A model generated the notes under the pieces. That model ran no database searches. It was not told the DNA's origin and was given only the letters and a program-made list of their open reading frames with translations. From contig OZ243938.1 in assembly GCA_965214095.1 (NCBI GenBank), positions 2,720,001 to 2,784,000 of the forward strand: a DNA stretch of 64,000 nt, written 5' to 3'. The DNA comes from Candidatus Poribacteria bacterium (GTDB lineage: Bacteria; Poribacteria; WGA-4E; WGA-3G). Below, piece after piece: positions 1 to 10,521 of the stretch; within the stretch, counting starts at the first letter, position 1; every line of letters begins with the position of its first letter. The translations under genes and the position numbers were made by a program.

Positions 1-32
1 AGTTTCATTCAGTGTTTTGCTCCTATGTTAAA

Positions 33-1133
33 TTATTTGATAAGTGGATGACTCCGTTCTTTCAAAGGTAGTCGCACCTTTGAGGCGGAGAAATGTGACA
101 CATAAGTAGCACTTACACACTCAAGAGAAGTAAGGGCATTGTGTCCACCGAGTTCTGGTTGATTTCCATTAAGTATTGCGTCTCTCATATTTTGAGCACT
201 CCAGATCGTATGTCGAGACTTCCACGTTTTTCCAGAGATGATAAAAGCTGTTGCGTCAAGTTCTATCTGTTCCCAAACGGGTGTATGTGCTGCAAATGAA
301 ACATCAAAAGGACAATACCACATCTCATCTATACCTGTCTGTGGGTTCGGTTTAATCATCAGTTGTCCTTCGGAACCGAGAAGATGTGGTCCCATCATCC
401 ATCCGTGCCGTAGTTCGCGTTGATAAAGTTCCATGATGCCATAAGCACCGTTTGTACTACCGATATGTACAAGCATTGTATCACCTGCAACAATGCCGTT
501 GTCACGCCTATCAGTTTTGCACAATTCACTGCTGTGCATGATATCAGCATCCGTTACATCGTGTCCTTGATAGGTAATATGTGCTTGAACCCACGAGATG
601 CCGTCAAGGAAGAAATCCATTTCGTCAAAGTAGTGGACACCCATCTCCATCAGTTCAAATCCTGCTTCGCGTCCTTTGCCGACTTCACGGATTGATCGTA
701 ATTCACCTATTTTCCCTGTATCAACTAACGACTTTGCGTGCCGAAACAGCGGCGTAAAACGAAATTGATGACTAACTGCTAAATGGACATCCGCTTCATT
801 GCATGCAGCGAGCATCTGGTCTGCTGTCTCTAAATCAACTGAAAGTGGCTTTTCACATAAAACATGGATACCCGCTTTTGCCGCTGCAATTGTAATCGGC
901 GCGTGTAATGGGGCATGCGTACATACGCTGACAATATCAAGCGTTTCATTCGCAAACATTTCATGATAGTCAGTGTATCGGTTTGAAACAACGTATTCAT
1001 CAGCGCGGCTGTTCAGGACATCACGATTGATGTCACACATTGCGACAAGTGCAACACCTCCTAAACCGTCATAAGCTGCAGCGTGGCTACGACTAATCCC
1101 ACCACAACCGACTATCCCTGCGCGTAATGTCAC
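33..1133 (-). CDS. Gfo/Idh/MocA family oxidoreductase
   Basis: GxGGI Rossmann start, 'LCEKPL' motif, MGVH; GTG start with upstream GGAG. Confidence 0.9.
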   Translation of the reverse strand: MTLRAGIVGCGGISRSHAAAYDGLGGVALVAMCDINRDVLNSRADEYVVSNRYTDYHEMFANETLDIVSVCTHAPLHAPITIAAAKAGIHVLCEKPLSVDLETADQMLAACNEADVHLAVSHQFRFTPLFRHAKSLVDTGKIGELRSIREVGKGREAGFELMEMGVHYFDEMDFFLDGISWVQAHITYQGHDVTDADIMHSSELCKTDRRDNGIVAGDTMLVHIGSTNGAYGIMELYQRELRHGWMMGPHLLGSEGQLMIKPNPQTGIDEMWYCPFDVSFAAHTPVWEQIELDATAFIISGKTWKSRHTIWSAQNMRDAILNGNQPELGGHNALTSLECVSATYVSHFSASKVRLPLKERSHPLIK

Positions 1134-1163
1134 AATAAGCTCCGAATAAAATTTGTAGTTGTG

Positions 1164-2183
1164 TCAGTGTGCCTTGTTCTTATTCGTTTCCAACAATGCC
1201 TGCCACTGCTTTTCGTCAACAAGCACACCCTTTTCTAAACTCTCCTGCCGTGTGTGTAACATACCTTCTCCCGGGTACCGCACCTTTTCGTTTTCATCCA
1301 ACGGAACAGCGGTATGAAAGTCATTGATAATTGCTTCCACGGTTTCGTCTAATGCTGTCTGTCCCATCATACCAGAGGCATTGATAGCAATATAGACCTG
1401 AGAAACAGCATATTCTGATTTCTGTTTCCCAATCTGATGTGTCGCTTGTCCACCTGAAATAAGCGCAGCCATTGTGTCAAGCACCAATGCCAATCCAGAA
1501 CCTTTCCAATAGCCGATTGGGAGTGCTCTTTGGGAATTGAGAATCTCTGCAGGTTCAATCGTTAGTACACCCTGAGTATCATACCCACCCGGTAAGGGCA
1601 ACTGCTTGCCTTGTATTTTAAGCACCTCTAATTTCCCGTTTGAATACTGACTCATCGCCATATCAAGTAGAATATGTCCATCATCACGAGGTATAGCAAT
1701 CGCTAATGGATTGTTCCCAATCTTCTTCTCAGCAGAACCCCACGGCGGCATGAGTTTAGTCGTATTTGTCCAACACATTCCGATAAATCCAGACTCTGCT
1801 GCTTGTAGGGCATAAGCTCCACCACGCATCCAATGGTTTGTATTGGAAAGTCCCACACAACCGATACTGTGTGTTTCCGCAAGTTCCATTGCGCGTTGCA
1901 TACATGAGTGCGCGTTCACAAGACCTACACCCATCTTTCCATCCCAACGTTCTATCGCACCGAAACTCTCTATTTTTTCCGGTTGTGCCCGGAAATCAAT
2001 CTGTTTGCTTTTTAGTCCTGCCACAAATCCCGGAAACCGATTGAGACCGTGTGAATAAACACCATCACGTTGGTTTTCTGCGAACAAACGCGCGCATAAT
2101 CGCGCACGTTCATCTGCAAATCCAACAGACGAAAGCACACGATAGAATTCATCACATAAAGTTTGGAAAGGTACATGTATCAT
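1164..2183 (-). CDS. dlgD: 3-dehydro-L-gulonate 2-dehydrogenase (Ldh_2 family, YiaK/DlgD-like)
   Basis: DGVYSHG, NTNHWMRGG, GNNP, DMAMSQYS and GYWKGSGL motifs; start moved to ATG 2183, just after the upstream stop. Confidence 0.85.
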   Translation of the reverse strand: MIHVPFQTLCDEFYRVLSSVGFADERARLCARLFAENQRDGVYSHGLNRFPGFVAGLKSKQIDFRAQPEKIESFGAIERWDGKMGVGLVNAHSCMQRAMELAETHSIGCVGLSNTNHWMRGGAYALQAAESGFIGMCWTNTTKLMPPWGSAEKKIGNNPLAIAIPRDDGHILLDMAMSQYSNGKLEVLKIQGKQLPLPGGYDTQGVLTIEPAEILNSQRALPIGYWKGSGLALVLDTMAALISGGQATHQIGKQKSEYAVSQVYIAINASGMMGQTALDETVEAIINDFHTAVPLDENEKVRYPGEGMLHTRQESLEKGVLVDEKQWQALLETNKNKAH

Positions 2184-2187
2184 TACA

Positions 2188-3045
2188 CTACCACATTTCA
2201 AGCCAATCCATAAGGGTTGTTATAGGTTGTGTTTGGCTGCGGATTACCCATTTGAAATCAGGATCTTTCCAATAGATTGAACCCGGATGGTCTCCGTCAC
2301 GGAGATAACGGATGTCAATTGCCCAACGAATAATCTGGCTTGTGGTGTGTGGTATGGATCTATGGAGTGTGAGATTATGGAACACCAAGGCATCTCCCAT
2401 TTCCATCGGACAGGTCACAATACGATCATCATCCACAAGTTCATCCATGACCTCAAGGAATTTACCTTCGCGCTCTTCAGTATGATGATTAACAACGCCT
2501 AATTGATGTGAACCTGCAACCACCTGCAAACAACCGTTGGTTTCATCTACTGGAACGAGAGGAATCCATGTTGTTGGGATAAGTGATTCTTCACTGACTT
2601 TACCGAAATAACCACTGTCTTGGTGCCACGGAACAACGGTCAATTGCTGCCCGGGAAGTTTTGGACGCGCATTGAAGACCGGATGTCCGATGACATCTGT
2701 TCCTGTGAGCTGACCGATAGCATCTACGAGTGGACCGGCATAATGCAGATCAAATATTTCTGAAGTTGCGATCTGTCCACGCCAAGAACGACCGAAGCGG
2801 TTGGCATGATTTCCAGCGACTTTCAGTAATCGGGTTTCAAATGGAAGTTCTGTGCCTTCATCTTCCACGGTTCCCTGTTCTTTCAGTTGCCGAATTATGT
2901 CCTCTACGACACAAGCGAACCTGTGGCGTACACCATTTATAACGGGTTCGGGGATGACGTTTTTCAGCAATAAATATCCATCGTTTTCCCATTGATGCAT
3001 CTGTTCTGTAGTAAGGGGATGTATTTGTATCTGATTTGATTCCAT
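2188..3045 (-). CDS. phytanoyl-CoA dioxygenase (PhyH) family protein
   Basis: PWHQD, NGCL, HRS and R motifs of Fe/2OG dioxygenases. Confidence 0.9.
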   Translation of the reverse strand: MESNQIQIHPLTTEQMHQWENDGYLLLKNVIPEPVINGVRHRFACVVEDIIRQLKEQGTVEDEGTELPFETRLLKVAGNHANRFGRSWRGQIATSEIFDLHYAGPLVDAIGQLTGTDVIGHPVFNARPKLPGQQLTVVPWHQDSGYFGKVSEESLIPTTWIPLVPVDETNGCLQVVAGSHQLGVVNHHTEEREGKFLEVMDELVDDDRIVTCPMEMGDALVFHNLTLHRSIPHTTSQIIRWAIDIRYLRDGDHPGSIYWKDPDFKWVIRSQTQPITTLMDWLEMW

Positions 3046-3086
3046 ATTTCTCTCACTTCCGTATCAACATTTTCTATTCTGGTGAT

Positions 3087-3324
3087 TTACCGATGTGTTT
3101 CTATATATGCTCGGAGTACTGTATTTATACGCGTGTGGTAATGTTTTCCTCATTCTTTGAACCATTCTAAGATTTCATGGTCAATTTGAAGATAATTTTC
3201 AGGTACAATACGATTGGCATTTTCCCAGAAGTCATTTTCAAGTTCGGGATCTCTGATGTGTCAATCGCTTCCTCTGGAAGGTTCTCAATTTCAGATAACC
3301 GTGTCTTTGAAAGACGCTATCCAT
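3087..3324 (-). pseudogene. BrnA-like antitoxin pseudogene
   Basis: Manual translation gives IDTSEIP/ELENDFWENA...QIDHEILEWFKE*GKHYHTRINTVLRAY, with frameshifts and an internal TGA; no toxin upstream. Confidence 0.75.
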
Positions 3325-3375
3325 AATAGTATATCACTTATTCGTAAAATTGACGAGTCTTTTCAATTCTACAGT

Positions 3376-3664
3376 AGGGTTATTTTGTTTTAGGATTTTT
3401 GTTCAACAATATTCACAAACGTTAGATTAATCATAGGTTTGTCCTCCCATTTGTCTGAACCAGGATTTGCAGGATTAGTAGATTTTCAGGATTATGAGTT
3501 TGGTACTCCACAGTGCCTATTCACAGTTTGACTTTTATTTTCTGACTGGCACTTTGATGTTTCAGACCTCTTATCCTGGAAATCCGTCAATCCTGCAAAT
3601 CCTGGTTCAGACAAGGAAGAACTCCACTAAATTGATGTCTATGATGCCAAAAACTTTACACACC
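3376..3664. mobile_element. MITE-like element with AGGGTTATTT left end and internal 26-bp perfect inverted repeat
   Basis: Flanked by the 12-bp direct repeat CAATTCTACAGT (3364-3375, 3665-3676); internal IR 3451-3476/3589-3614; related copies at 25883-26120 and about 10372-10443. Confidence 0.6.
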
Positions 3665-3756
3665 CAATTCTACAGTTTGATGCTCTGAAAAATTGTCTTG
3701 ATGTCGTTGACATTTTATACTGAAACTGATACGTTACACACCAAGGAGGAAACAGT

Positions 3757-5130
3757 ATGTCAACTTTGACCCAAACAGAAAACCTTATCAGACCACTCTA
3801 TATTGACGGATATACCAACCAACTTAGTTACGCGCCTGGAGAAGAAATTGCGTTCAACGTGTCAACCAGTGCTGGCAGCTACGCTATGGAAATAGCACGT
3901 ATTGGTGCAGAGCGCGAAGTCGTTTTCAACGAATCTGGACTACCGGGAGAAGCACAGCCAATTCCTGTGAACGCATCATCACACGGATGCGGATGGAACG
4001 CTACTTTTACCTTTGAAGTGCCAGATACATGGCAAAGTGGATATTATGAAGCCATTATCCGCGCTGCTGATGGAGGCGGTGATCCCATCTATAGAAACCA
4101 TCGTACTGCTGAAAGTTCACTGTTCTTTATCATTCGTCCCGCACAACCGGGAGCAAACACCTCAATACTGTTTCAACTTTCCACTAATACATATAACGCC
4201 TACACCAACTGGGGTGGTTTCAGTCTTTACGGGTATCACGGTCAGAATGGCATGCAAGGACGACGGGTTTCGTTTGATCGACCCCTTGGAAGCCAATATA
4301 GGACTTGGGAGTTGCCATTTGTTGCGTGGGCAGAGCAGAATGGATATACCCTTGATTATGCAGCGAATAGTGACCTGGAATTCCGTCCTGAAATGTTGGA
4401 ACATTACAAGCTTGTCCTGAGCCTCGGACACGATGAATACTGGTCTGCACCGATGCGCGATAATCTTGAAGCATTCATTGCGAAAGGTGGGAATGTAGCG
4501 TTTTTCAGTGGGAATGCAGTATGTTGGCAGGTGCGTTCTGAAGACGAAGGACGCGCGCTCGTTTGTTGGAAGCAAAGCTACAACCAAGATCCTATCTATA
4601 AAACCGATGATTACAGCACACTCAGCACTTTGTGGAGCCACTATTTAGTAGAACGTCCTGAAAACCATTTGACTGGTGTCGGTTTCCTTCAAGGTGGCTA
4701 TCACTTGAGCCACGGGCAATTTATGGATGGAGATGGTGCATATACGGCACACCGTCCAGAACATTGGGTGTTTGAAGGCACAGACTTAGCAAGGGATGAC
4801 AAGTTTGGTGGGCAAAATACCGTTGTCGGCTACGAATGCGATGGCTGTGAATTTACGCTTGAAGATGGTTTACCTGTTCCGACTTATCAAGATGACACAC
4901 CTGAAGGATTTACCATCCTCGCCACTGCTCCTGTCCGATGGCATCCTGATGATTGCGAATGGTATGAACGTTGGGAACAAGGTCATACCGGTGCTGCAAC
5001 GATGGGTATTTATACAAAAGGTGGCACTGTCTTTACTGCTGCGACAACAGATTGGTCTCACGGATTGTCAGGTGGCGATGCAGTTGTTGAACAGATGACG
5101 CATAATGTTTTGAAGCAGCTTTCAAAATAA
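3757..5130 (+). CDS. N,N-dimethylformamidase beta-subunit-like domain protein (DUF6605)
   Basis: TYNAYTNWGG, VSFDRP, GHDEYWS, FFSGN and GYECD motifs; RBS AGGAGG. Confidence 0.8.
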   Translation: MSTLTQTENLIRPLYIDGYTNQLSYAPGEEIAFNVSTSAGSYAMEIARIGAEREVVFNESGLPGEAQPIPVNASSHGCGWNATFTFEVPDTWQSGYYEAIIRAADGGGDPIYRNHRTAESSLFFIIRPAQPGANTSILFQLSTNTYNAYTNWGGFSLYGYHGQNGMQGRRVSFDRPLGSQYRTWELPFVAWAEQNGYTLDYAANSDLEFRPEMLEHYKLVLSLGHDEYWSAPMRDNLEAFIAKGGNVAFFSGNAVCWQVRSEDEGRALVCWKQSYNQDPIYKTDDYSTLSTLWSHYLVERPENHLTGVGFLQGGYHLSHGQFMDGDGAYTAHRPEHWVFEGTDLARDDKFGGQNTVVGYECDGCEFTLEDGLPVPTYQDDTPEGFTILATAPVRWHPDDCEWYERWEQGHTGAATMGIYTKGGTVFTAATTDWSHGLSGGDAVVEQMTHNVLKQLSK

Positions 5131-5162
5131 TGAGATAAAATCATATAGAAATGGAGTTCCAA

Positions 5163-6611
5163 ATGCCTAACGACCAACCAAACGTCATCTTAATCACAAC
5201 TGATCAACAACGCGGTGACTGTCTCGGCATTGATCCAGACGGTCCCACTTGCCTACAAACACCCAACTTAGACTGGATCGGACACAGTGGCACCCACTTC
5301 CGCCGTGGATACGCCGAATGTCCGAGTTGTATCCCCGCACGACGCGGTCTAATGACAGGCACTGCCCCAGCAGCCAACGGAATGGTTGGATATATAGGCG
5401 CACAATGGAATCCACCACATACGCTCGCAGGCGAATTATCCGCAGCCGGTTATCAAACCGAGATGATTGGCAAACTACATCTATCACCACCACGCAAGCG
5501 ATACGGTTTTGATCACATACAGTTGTCCGATGCAACACATGGCACTGCTAACAACGACTATGTAGAATGGTTGCAACAATACCATCGTCGTAATGACTTT
5601 GAACCGGGTATGGCACACGGTGTTTCTGCCAACGGATGGGTCGGTCGTCCGCATCACCTTCCCGAAGAACAGATGCACACCTTCTGGTGTATTGACCGCG
5701 CCCTCAACTTCCTCAAAAAACGCGATCCATCGTCACCATTTTTTCTCAACATCTCCTTTATAGACCCGCATCCACCGTTGACTCCACCAGCACACTATTA
5801 TCAACGGTACATAGAGCGGGATCTTCCACCTCCTGTTAACGGCAGATGGTCTCTAGACCTTGACATTGAGGAGAAAGGTCAGAATCCAAATGCTTGGGAG
5901 ATTAACCTTGACAAGTACGACATGCAATGTGCACGTGCTGCCTATTATGGGATGATTAATTTTATTGACGATCAGATCGGTCGACTATTGCAAAACGCAG
6001 GTAATCTGAATGACTGTCTCGTTATCTTCACCTCCGACCACGGTGAGATGCTGGGGGATCACAACATGTTCCGTAAAACCTTTCCCTACGAAGCCAGTGC
6101 AAGAGTGCCTTTCCTCATGCGAGCACCTGCAAAATGGAGATATCCGAAAGAAACCGTTTGCAACAGTCCAGTTGGACTGCAGGACATCATGCCTACTATT
6201 CTTGATGCTGCAAACATTGATATTCCGGATACCTGTACCGGTAAAAGCTTATTACCCATCATGCAAGGAGATACTGACCGAGTGCGGGAATGCCTTCACG
6301 GGGAGCATTCAGGTTGCTACAATTACAATCACGGCAGCCACTATATAACTGATGGGAACTACAAGTACATCTGGTATTCTCAAACAGGTCGCGAACATCT
6401 CTTCAATCTGCACGAGGACCCGCATGAAACAATAGATTTATCACTTGAGGACGATGCGGAAACGCGTTTAACTCCTTGGCGAAATCGTCTGATTGAGTTT
6501 CTCCGCGACCGTCCCGAAGGTTTTACAGATGGGGATAGACTCATAGCAGGACAACGTCATAACGCGCTATTGCCAGACTATGATCCCGATGCTACCTATC
6601 CTTATTTGTAA
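5163..6611 (+). CDS. arylsulfatase (formylglycine-dependent)
   Basis: TDQQR, CIPAR (CxPxR), GKLH, SDHGE. Confidence 0.92.
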   Translation: MPNDQPNVILITTDQQRGDCLGIDPDGPTCLQTPNLDWIGHSGTHFRRGYAECPSCIPARRGLMTGTAPAANGMVGYIGAQWNPPHTLAGELSAAGYQTEMIGKLHLSPPRKRYGFDHIQLSDATHGTANNDYVEWLQQYHRRNDFEPGMAHGVSANGWVGRPHHLPEEQMHTFWCIDRALNFLKKRDPSSPFFLNISFIDPHPPLTPPAHYYQRYIERDLPPPVNGRWSLDLDIEEKGQNPNAWEINLDKYDMQCARAAYYGMINFIDDQIGRLLQNAGNLNDCLVIFTSDHGEMLGDHNMFRKTFPYEASARVPFLMRAPAKWRYPKETVCNSPVGLQDIMPTILDAANIDIPDTCTGKSLLPIMQGDTDRVRECLHGEHSGCYNYNHGSHYITDGNYKYIWYSQTGREHLFNLHEDPHETIDLSLEDDAETRLTPWRNRLIEFLRDRPEGFTDGDRLIAGQRHNALLPDYDPDATYPYL

Positions 6612-6742
6612 GACGCGACAGTGCTTGATCCGTTACTGTTGTATGTAGGTCAAGGTTTCTGTACCCTGACATACTTGTGCCGTAATAGAAAACAAAGACA
6701 ACAGTCAGCACCGAGAATTACAGAAGTATGATTCTGCTGATA

Positions 6743-6852
6743 AGGATTAAGAAATAAATCCGGTAATTTCCTTGAGAAGTCCGGAGCGGTTAGGAAACCG
6801 CTCCTACCGGGTTTGGGAAAATGAGAATTACCCGTTTAATAAATTAATCTTC
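6743..6852. repeat. 110-bp shell with imperfect terminal IRs carrying one GTAG-REP hairpin (uninterrupted paralog of the IS4 insertion site)
   Basis: Near-identical to 22820-22880 joined to 24389-24437; REP GAGCGGTTAGGAAACCGCTC-CTAC at 6784-6807. Confidence 0.85.
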
Positions 6853-6895
6853 GTGAGCAGAACCCACCGAAGGGCAGTTTGTCACTATTCCGGTT

Positions 6896-7032
6896 TATAG
6901 TAAAATCTACAATTAATGAAACATATTGTCCCAATTGCCTATTCATAGAATGTCCGAGGCGCAATGAATTGCGCGACTACAAACGCGTTTTTCTAAATGT
7001 AAAGTGTATTGTTAATTTCAAATTTCACTATA
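6896..7032. mobile_element. putative MITE with TATAGT...ACTATA ends carrying a family-3 REP
   Basis: Imperfect TIR TATAGTAAAATCTACAATTAA / TTAATTTCAAATTTCACTATA; REP GCGCAATGAATTGCGCGACTAC inside. Confidence 0.5.
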
Positions 7033-7071
7033 GTTTGTTAGGACAAGAGGCAGAATAAGGAGACAGAAACG

Positions 7072-9306
7072 ATGAAGAAGTTACTTTTGTTGTTAGTGCT
7101 ATTTACCTTTACTGTTTTATGTGTATCACCTACCTTCGCGCAATACGAACCATCTATGCAATTTGGTCTACCCGAAGGTGCAATAGCACGTTTCGGTAAA
7201 GGTGAAATACAGAATATGACGTATTCACCAGATGGCACGCGGTTTGCTGTCACTACGTCCATCGGTGTTTGGATTTATAATGCACAAACAGGTGAAGAAC
7301 TTGATCTAATAACAAGGGGACATAAGGGAAGAGTCTATGCCGCAGCATATTCACCTGATAGTAAAACAATTACGACTGTGGGTGAGGACAAAACAGTCAG
7401 ATTATGGGATGCATACACAGGACAACTCCAAAAAACGCTCAAAGGACATAAGGGCAGAGTTTATGCTGCCGCACATTCACCTGATGGTAATATACTTGCA
7501 ACTGGAAGCGCAGACAAAACAGTGAGACTTTGGAATGCTCATACTGGCAAAAAAATAAAAACACTCAAAGGACATACGGAAAGTGTTTTATCAATCGCGT
7601 TTTCTCCTGATGGTGCTATGTTCGCAACTGCCAGTGATAACAGTCCAGTAAGAATTTGGAATGTGCACAGTAGAAAACTAATCCATAAAATTACTGGATA
7701 TAGAAACATGATTGCCTATTCTCCAGATGGAAGGACGCTCTTGGTAGCACACGATCCAAATTATAATCCACATCGCCGACCAAACGCTGTGGGCGTAGTG
7801 GTATTAGATACAATATATGAAGTGCACATGTTAGATACATTTACAGGACAAGTGGTTAAAACACTTCCATCTTTGAATTATGTTAATTGTTCTGCGTATT
7901 CCCCAGATGGAAAAACGATCGCTATCAGTGATGGACAAAGGTTTGGACTGTGGGATGCGACTACTGGAAAACACCTAAAGACCTTGAGCGAGGGAACGCC
8001 TGAAGTCAAATCTATTGCGTATTCCCCAGATGGAAAAACGATCGCTACTGCAAGTTGGGAAGGTACAATGCGATGGTGGAATGCTCAAACAGGAGAAAAC
8101 ATAAAAACGTTTGCACGGTTTGAAAAGAATTACGGGCCTATAGGATACTCACCCGATGGAAAAACTATAGCAATTACTGATGGACGTGATATAAGTCTAT
8201 GGCATGCAATATCTGGAATGTATCTAACTACACTTGAAGGACATAAGGATTATATTTCTGGTTTCACGTTTTCATCAGACAGCAAGACTATCGCATCTGG
8301 CAGCAATGACGGGACAGCGCGGTTATGGAATGCAAATACTGGTGAAAACATAAAAACACTTGTTGGACATAAGAATCATGCCAGTGCTCCTATTCATATT
8401 GATACTCTTGTGTTTTCTCCAGATGGTAATATGCTCGCCGCTCGCAGTAAGGATACGGCATGGTTGTGGAACGCACACACAGGAGAAATCATAATGACAC
8501 TCAATGTAAAGACATTTTTTTCTAATAACATTGCGTTTTCTCCAGATAGCAAAATACTGGCAACTAGGTTTAAGTCCAATTCAGTCCAATTGTGGGATAT
8601 AAACACGGGAAAAAACATAAACACACTCATAGGGCATGTATATTCCTTCAGGTTTTCTCCAGATGGCAAATCAATCGCTACTTGTACCTACAATATGGTG
8701 AAGTTGTGGGATACAATTACCGGAGAAAACATCAATACACTTTTGTCACCGAATGCATTACACACCGCTGTTTTACATCTACATGGTAAACCATTCGCAA
8801 TTACTACCTACGAGGATAAAACATCGTCACTATGGGATGTTACCTCGGGGCAACTCATAAAAAAATATAAAAGACCTGGTGATAGTTTTTATAAATTCTT
8901 TAGATGGCTGCCTCGTGAAAAAATATCACGTTTATACTACGAAATCCAGTATTCACCGATCAGTAATACATTTGTGACTATTGCAGACCACACACCTGTC
9001 CGGTTGTGGAATATTACTACAGGGAAACTAATAGGAAAACCGTTAAAACATCTCAAAGGTGAGAATGGGTACATCCGCGTTATGTATTCACCAGATGGTA
9101 AAACAATCGCAACCATTCCAGTTGGTGATAATAATCAAGGTGGCACGGTGCGATTATGGGACGTTGCGACAGGTGAACACATAAAAACACTCAAGGGACA
9201 TTCTAACTGCAATTTTGAGTCAGTTGCGTATTCCCCCGATAGTAAAACAATCGCTACAGGACATCGAGATGGCACAGTGCTACTCTGGGACATCCCGCAC
9301 CGATAA
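7072..9306 (+). CDS. secreted WD40-repeat protein
   Basis: Signal peptide, GLPEGAIARFGKG N-terminal motif, about 15 YSPDG...VRLWD repeats. Confidence 0.92.
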   Translation: MKKLLLLLVLFTFTVLCVSPTFAQYEPSMQFGLPEGAIARFGKGEIQNMTYSPDGTRFAVTTSIGVWIYNAQTGEELDLITRGHKGRVYAAAYSPDSKTITTVGEDKTVRLWDAYTGQLQKTLKGHKGRVYAAAHSPDGNILATGSADKTVRLWNAHTGKKIKTLKGHTESVLSIAFSPDGAMFATASDNSPVRIWNVHSRKLIHKITGYRNMIAYSPDGRTLLVAHDPNYNPHRRPNAVGVVVLDTIYEVHMLDTFTGQVVKTLPSLNYVNCSAYSPDGKTIAISDGQRFGLWDATTGKHLKTLSEGTPEVKSIAYSPDGKTIATASWEGTMRWWNAQTGENIKTFARFEKNYGPIGYSPDGKTIAITDGRDISLWHAISGMYLTTLEGHKDYISGFTFSSDSKTIASGSNDGTARLWNANTGENIKTLVGHKNHASAPIHIDTLVFSPDGNMLAARSKDTAWLWNAHTGEIIMTLNVKTFFSNNIAFSPDSKILATRFKSNSVQLWDINTGKNINTLIGHVYSFRFSPDGKSIATCTYNMVKLWDTITGENINTLLSPNALHTAVLHLHGKPFAITTYEDKTSSLWDVTSGQLIKKYKRPGDSFYKFFRWLPREKISRLYYEIQYSPISNTFVTIADHTPVRLWNITTGKLIGKPLKHLKGENGYIRVMYSPDGKTIATIPVGDNNQGGTVRLWDVATGEHIKTLKGHSNCNFESVAYSPDSKTIATGHRDGTVLLWDIPHR

Positions 9307-9336
9307 ACTTCACACATCCAACAACAAAGGAGAAAT

Positions 9337-9453
9337 ATGCCAGAACAATTACATGAACTGTTCGGTTTAGAAACTGATCCCATTGCAGTAAAGTTCCACG
9401 ACACCAGAGGAAGCACAACGCGTGCAAAAACTGAGAAATCAGGTTGTACCTAA
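9337..9453 (+). pseudogene. truncated remnant, possibly DUF169-family N-terminus
   Basis: RBS AGGAG + 38 aa MPEQLHELFGLETDPIAVKFHD...SGCT*; resembles DUF169 N-terminus (from memory). Confidence 0.45.
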
Positions 9454-9463
9454 AGGAGATTGA

Positions 9464-10255
9464 ATGAAACAGGTGGCAGTAATTACCGGGGCAGCAAGTG
9501 GCATCGGACGCGGTATGGTAGAACGATTTGTTACAGAGGGAATGGCTGTTGTCCTCGCAGATATTGAAGAAGCACCTTTAGCTAAACTGGAAACTGATCT
9601 ACGTGCTAAAGGTGCGAACGTTCTTGCTGTCAGAACAGATGTATCAAACGCTAATGATGTTGAAAACCTTGCAGTGCAAACATATAACGCTTATGGTGCG
9701 GTGCATATCCTCTGCAACAATGCCGGTGTTGTCTGTAGTCGTCCTATTTGGGAACATACCATCGCTGATTGGGAGTGGGTATTGGGTGTAAACCTTTGGG
9801 GTGTTATCCACGGCATTCGAGCATTTGTTCCACGTATGCTTGCACAAGAAACCGAATGTCATATTGTCAATACTGCATCGATCCTCGGTTTAATACGTGC
9901 TCCAGGTGAAGGTATCTATAAGGTGAGTAAACATGGTGTAGTCGCTCTTTCAGAAACCCTCGCTGATGAATTGGCACAAAAAGGTTCTCAAATTCAGGTG
10001 CATGTGTTATGTCCCGGTTGGGTGCGGACAGGGATTTTAGACTCATCCCGAAACCGGACAGATAGTGAATCTCACCACCATAATCGCAATATGACAGATA
10101 ACCGCAATGTGCATGCTGAGATGGAAGCCGGCATGTCTCCTGCGGAAGTCGCAGATCTTGTCTACAATGCTATCCAGAACGACATATTCTATATACACAC
10201 ACATCCAGAACACAAAGCATGGGTGCAGGCGCGTATGGAAGACATCCTCAAATAA
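9464..10255 (+). CDS. SDR family oxidoreductase
   Basis: TGAASGIG, NNAG, YxxSK. Confidence 0.92.
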   Translation: MKQVAVITGAASGIGRGMVERFVTEGMAVVLADIEEAPLAKLETDLRAKGANVLAVRTDVSNANDVENLAVQTYNAYGAVHILCNNAGVVCSRPIWEHTIADWEWVLGVNLWGVIHGIRAFVPRMLAQETECHIVNTASILGLIRAPGEGIYKVSKHGVVALSETLADELAQKGSQIQVHVLCPGWVRTGILDSSRNRTDSESHHHNRNMTDNRNVHAEMEAGMSPAEVADLVYNAIQNDIFYIHTHPEHKAWVQARMEDILK

Positions 10256-10521
10256 TCCGTATGTTGACTTCTAGTGGAGTGTCCATTCGGACAAGATTAG
10301 TGTAGACAGAACACTATGCACACAATATTCACACAAAATATTCGGTCATTAGATAAAGGTCATCTTTTAGATAGGGACTTCGGAGTGGCAAACTCTAATC
10401 CTGAGAATCTACTAATCTTGTAAATCCTGGTTCAGACAAATAGAAATCAAACCGTGAGAACTCAGAACAACTTCAATGTAACAATCACACAAAAGGAACA
10501 AGCATGAAGGGACTTCATTAA

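Noticed and set aside
3150-3153. In-frame TGA in brnA as possible Sec
   Set aside because: The gene also has frameshifts, the position is not a Cys site, and no hairpin follows. This is ordinary decay.
3494-3688. 64-aa ORF (ILQILVQT)
   Set aside because: This is a translation of the inverted-repeat element, with no RBS.
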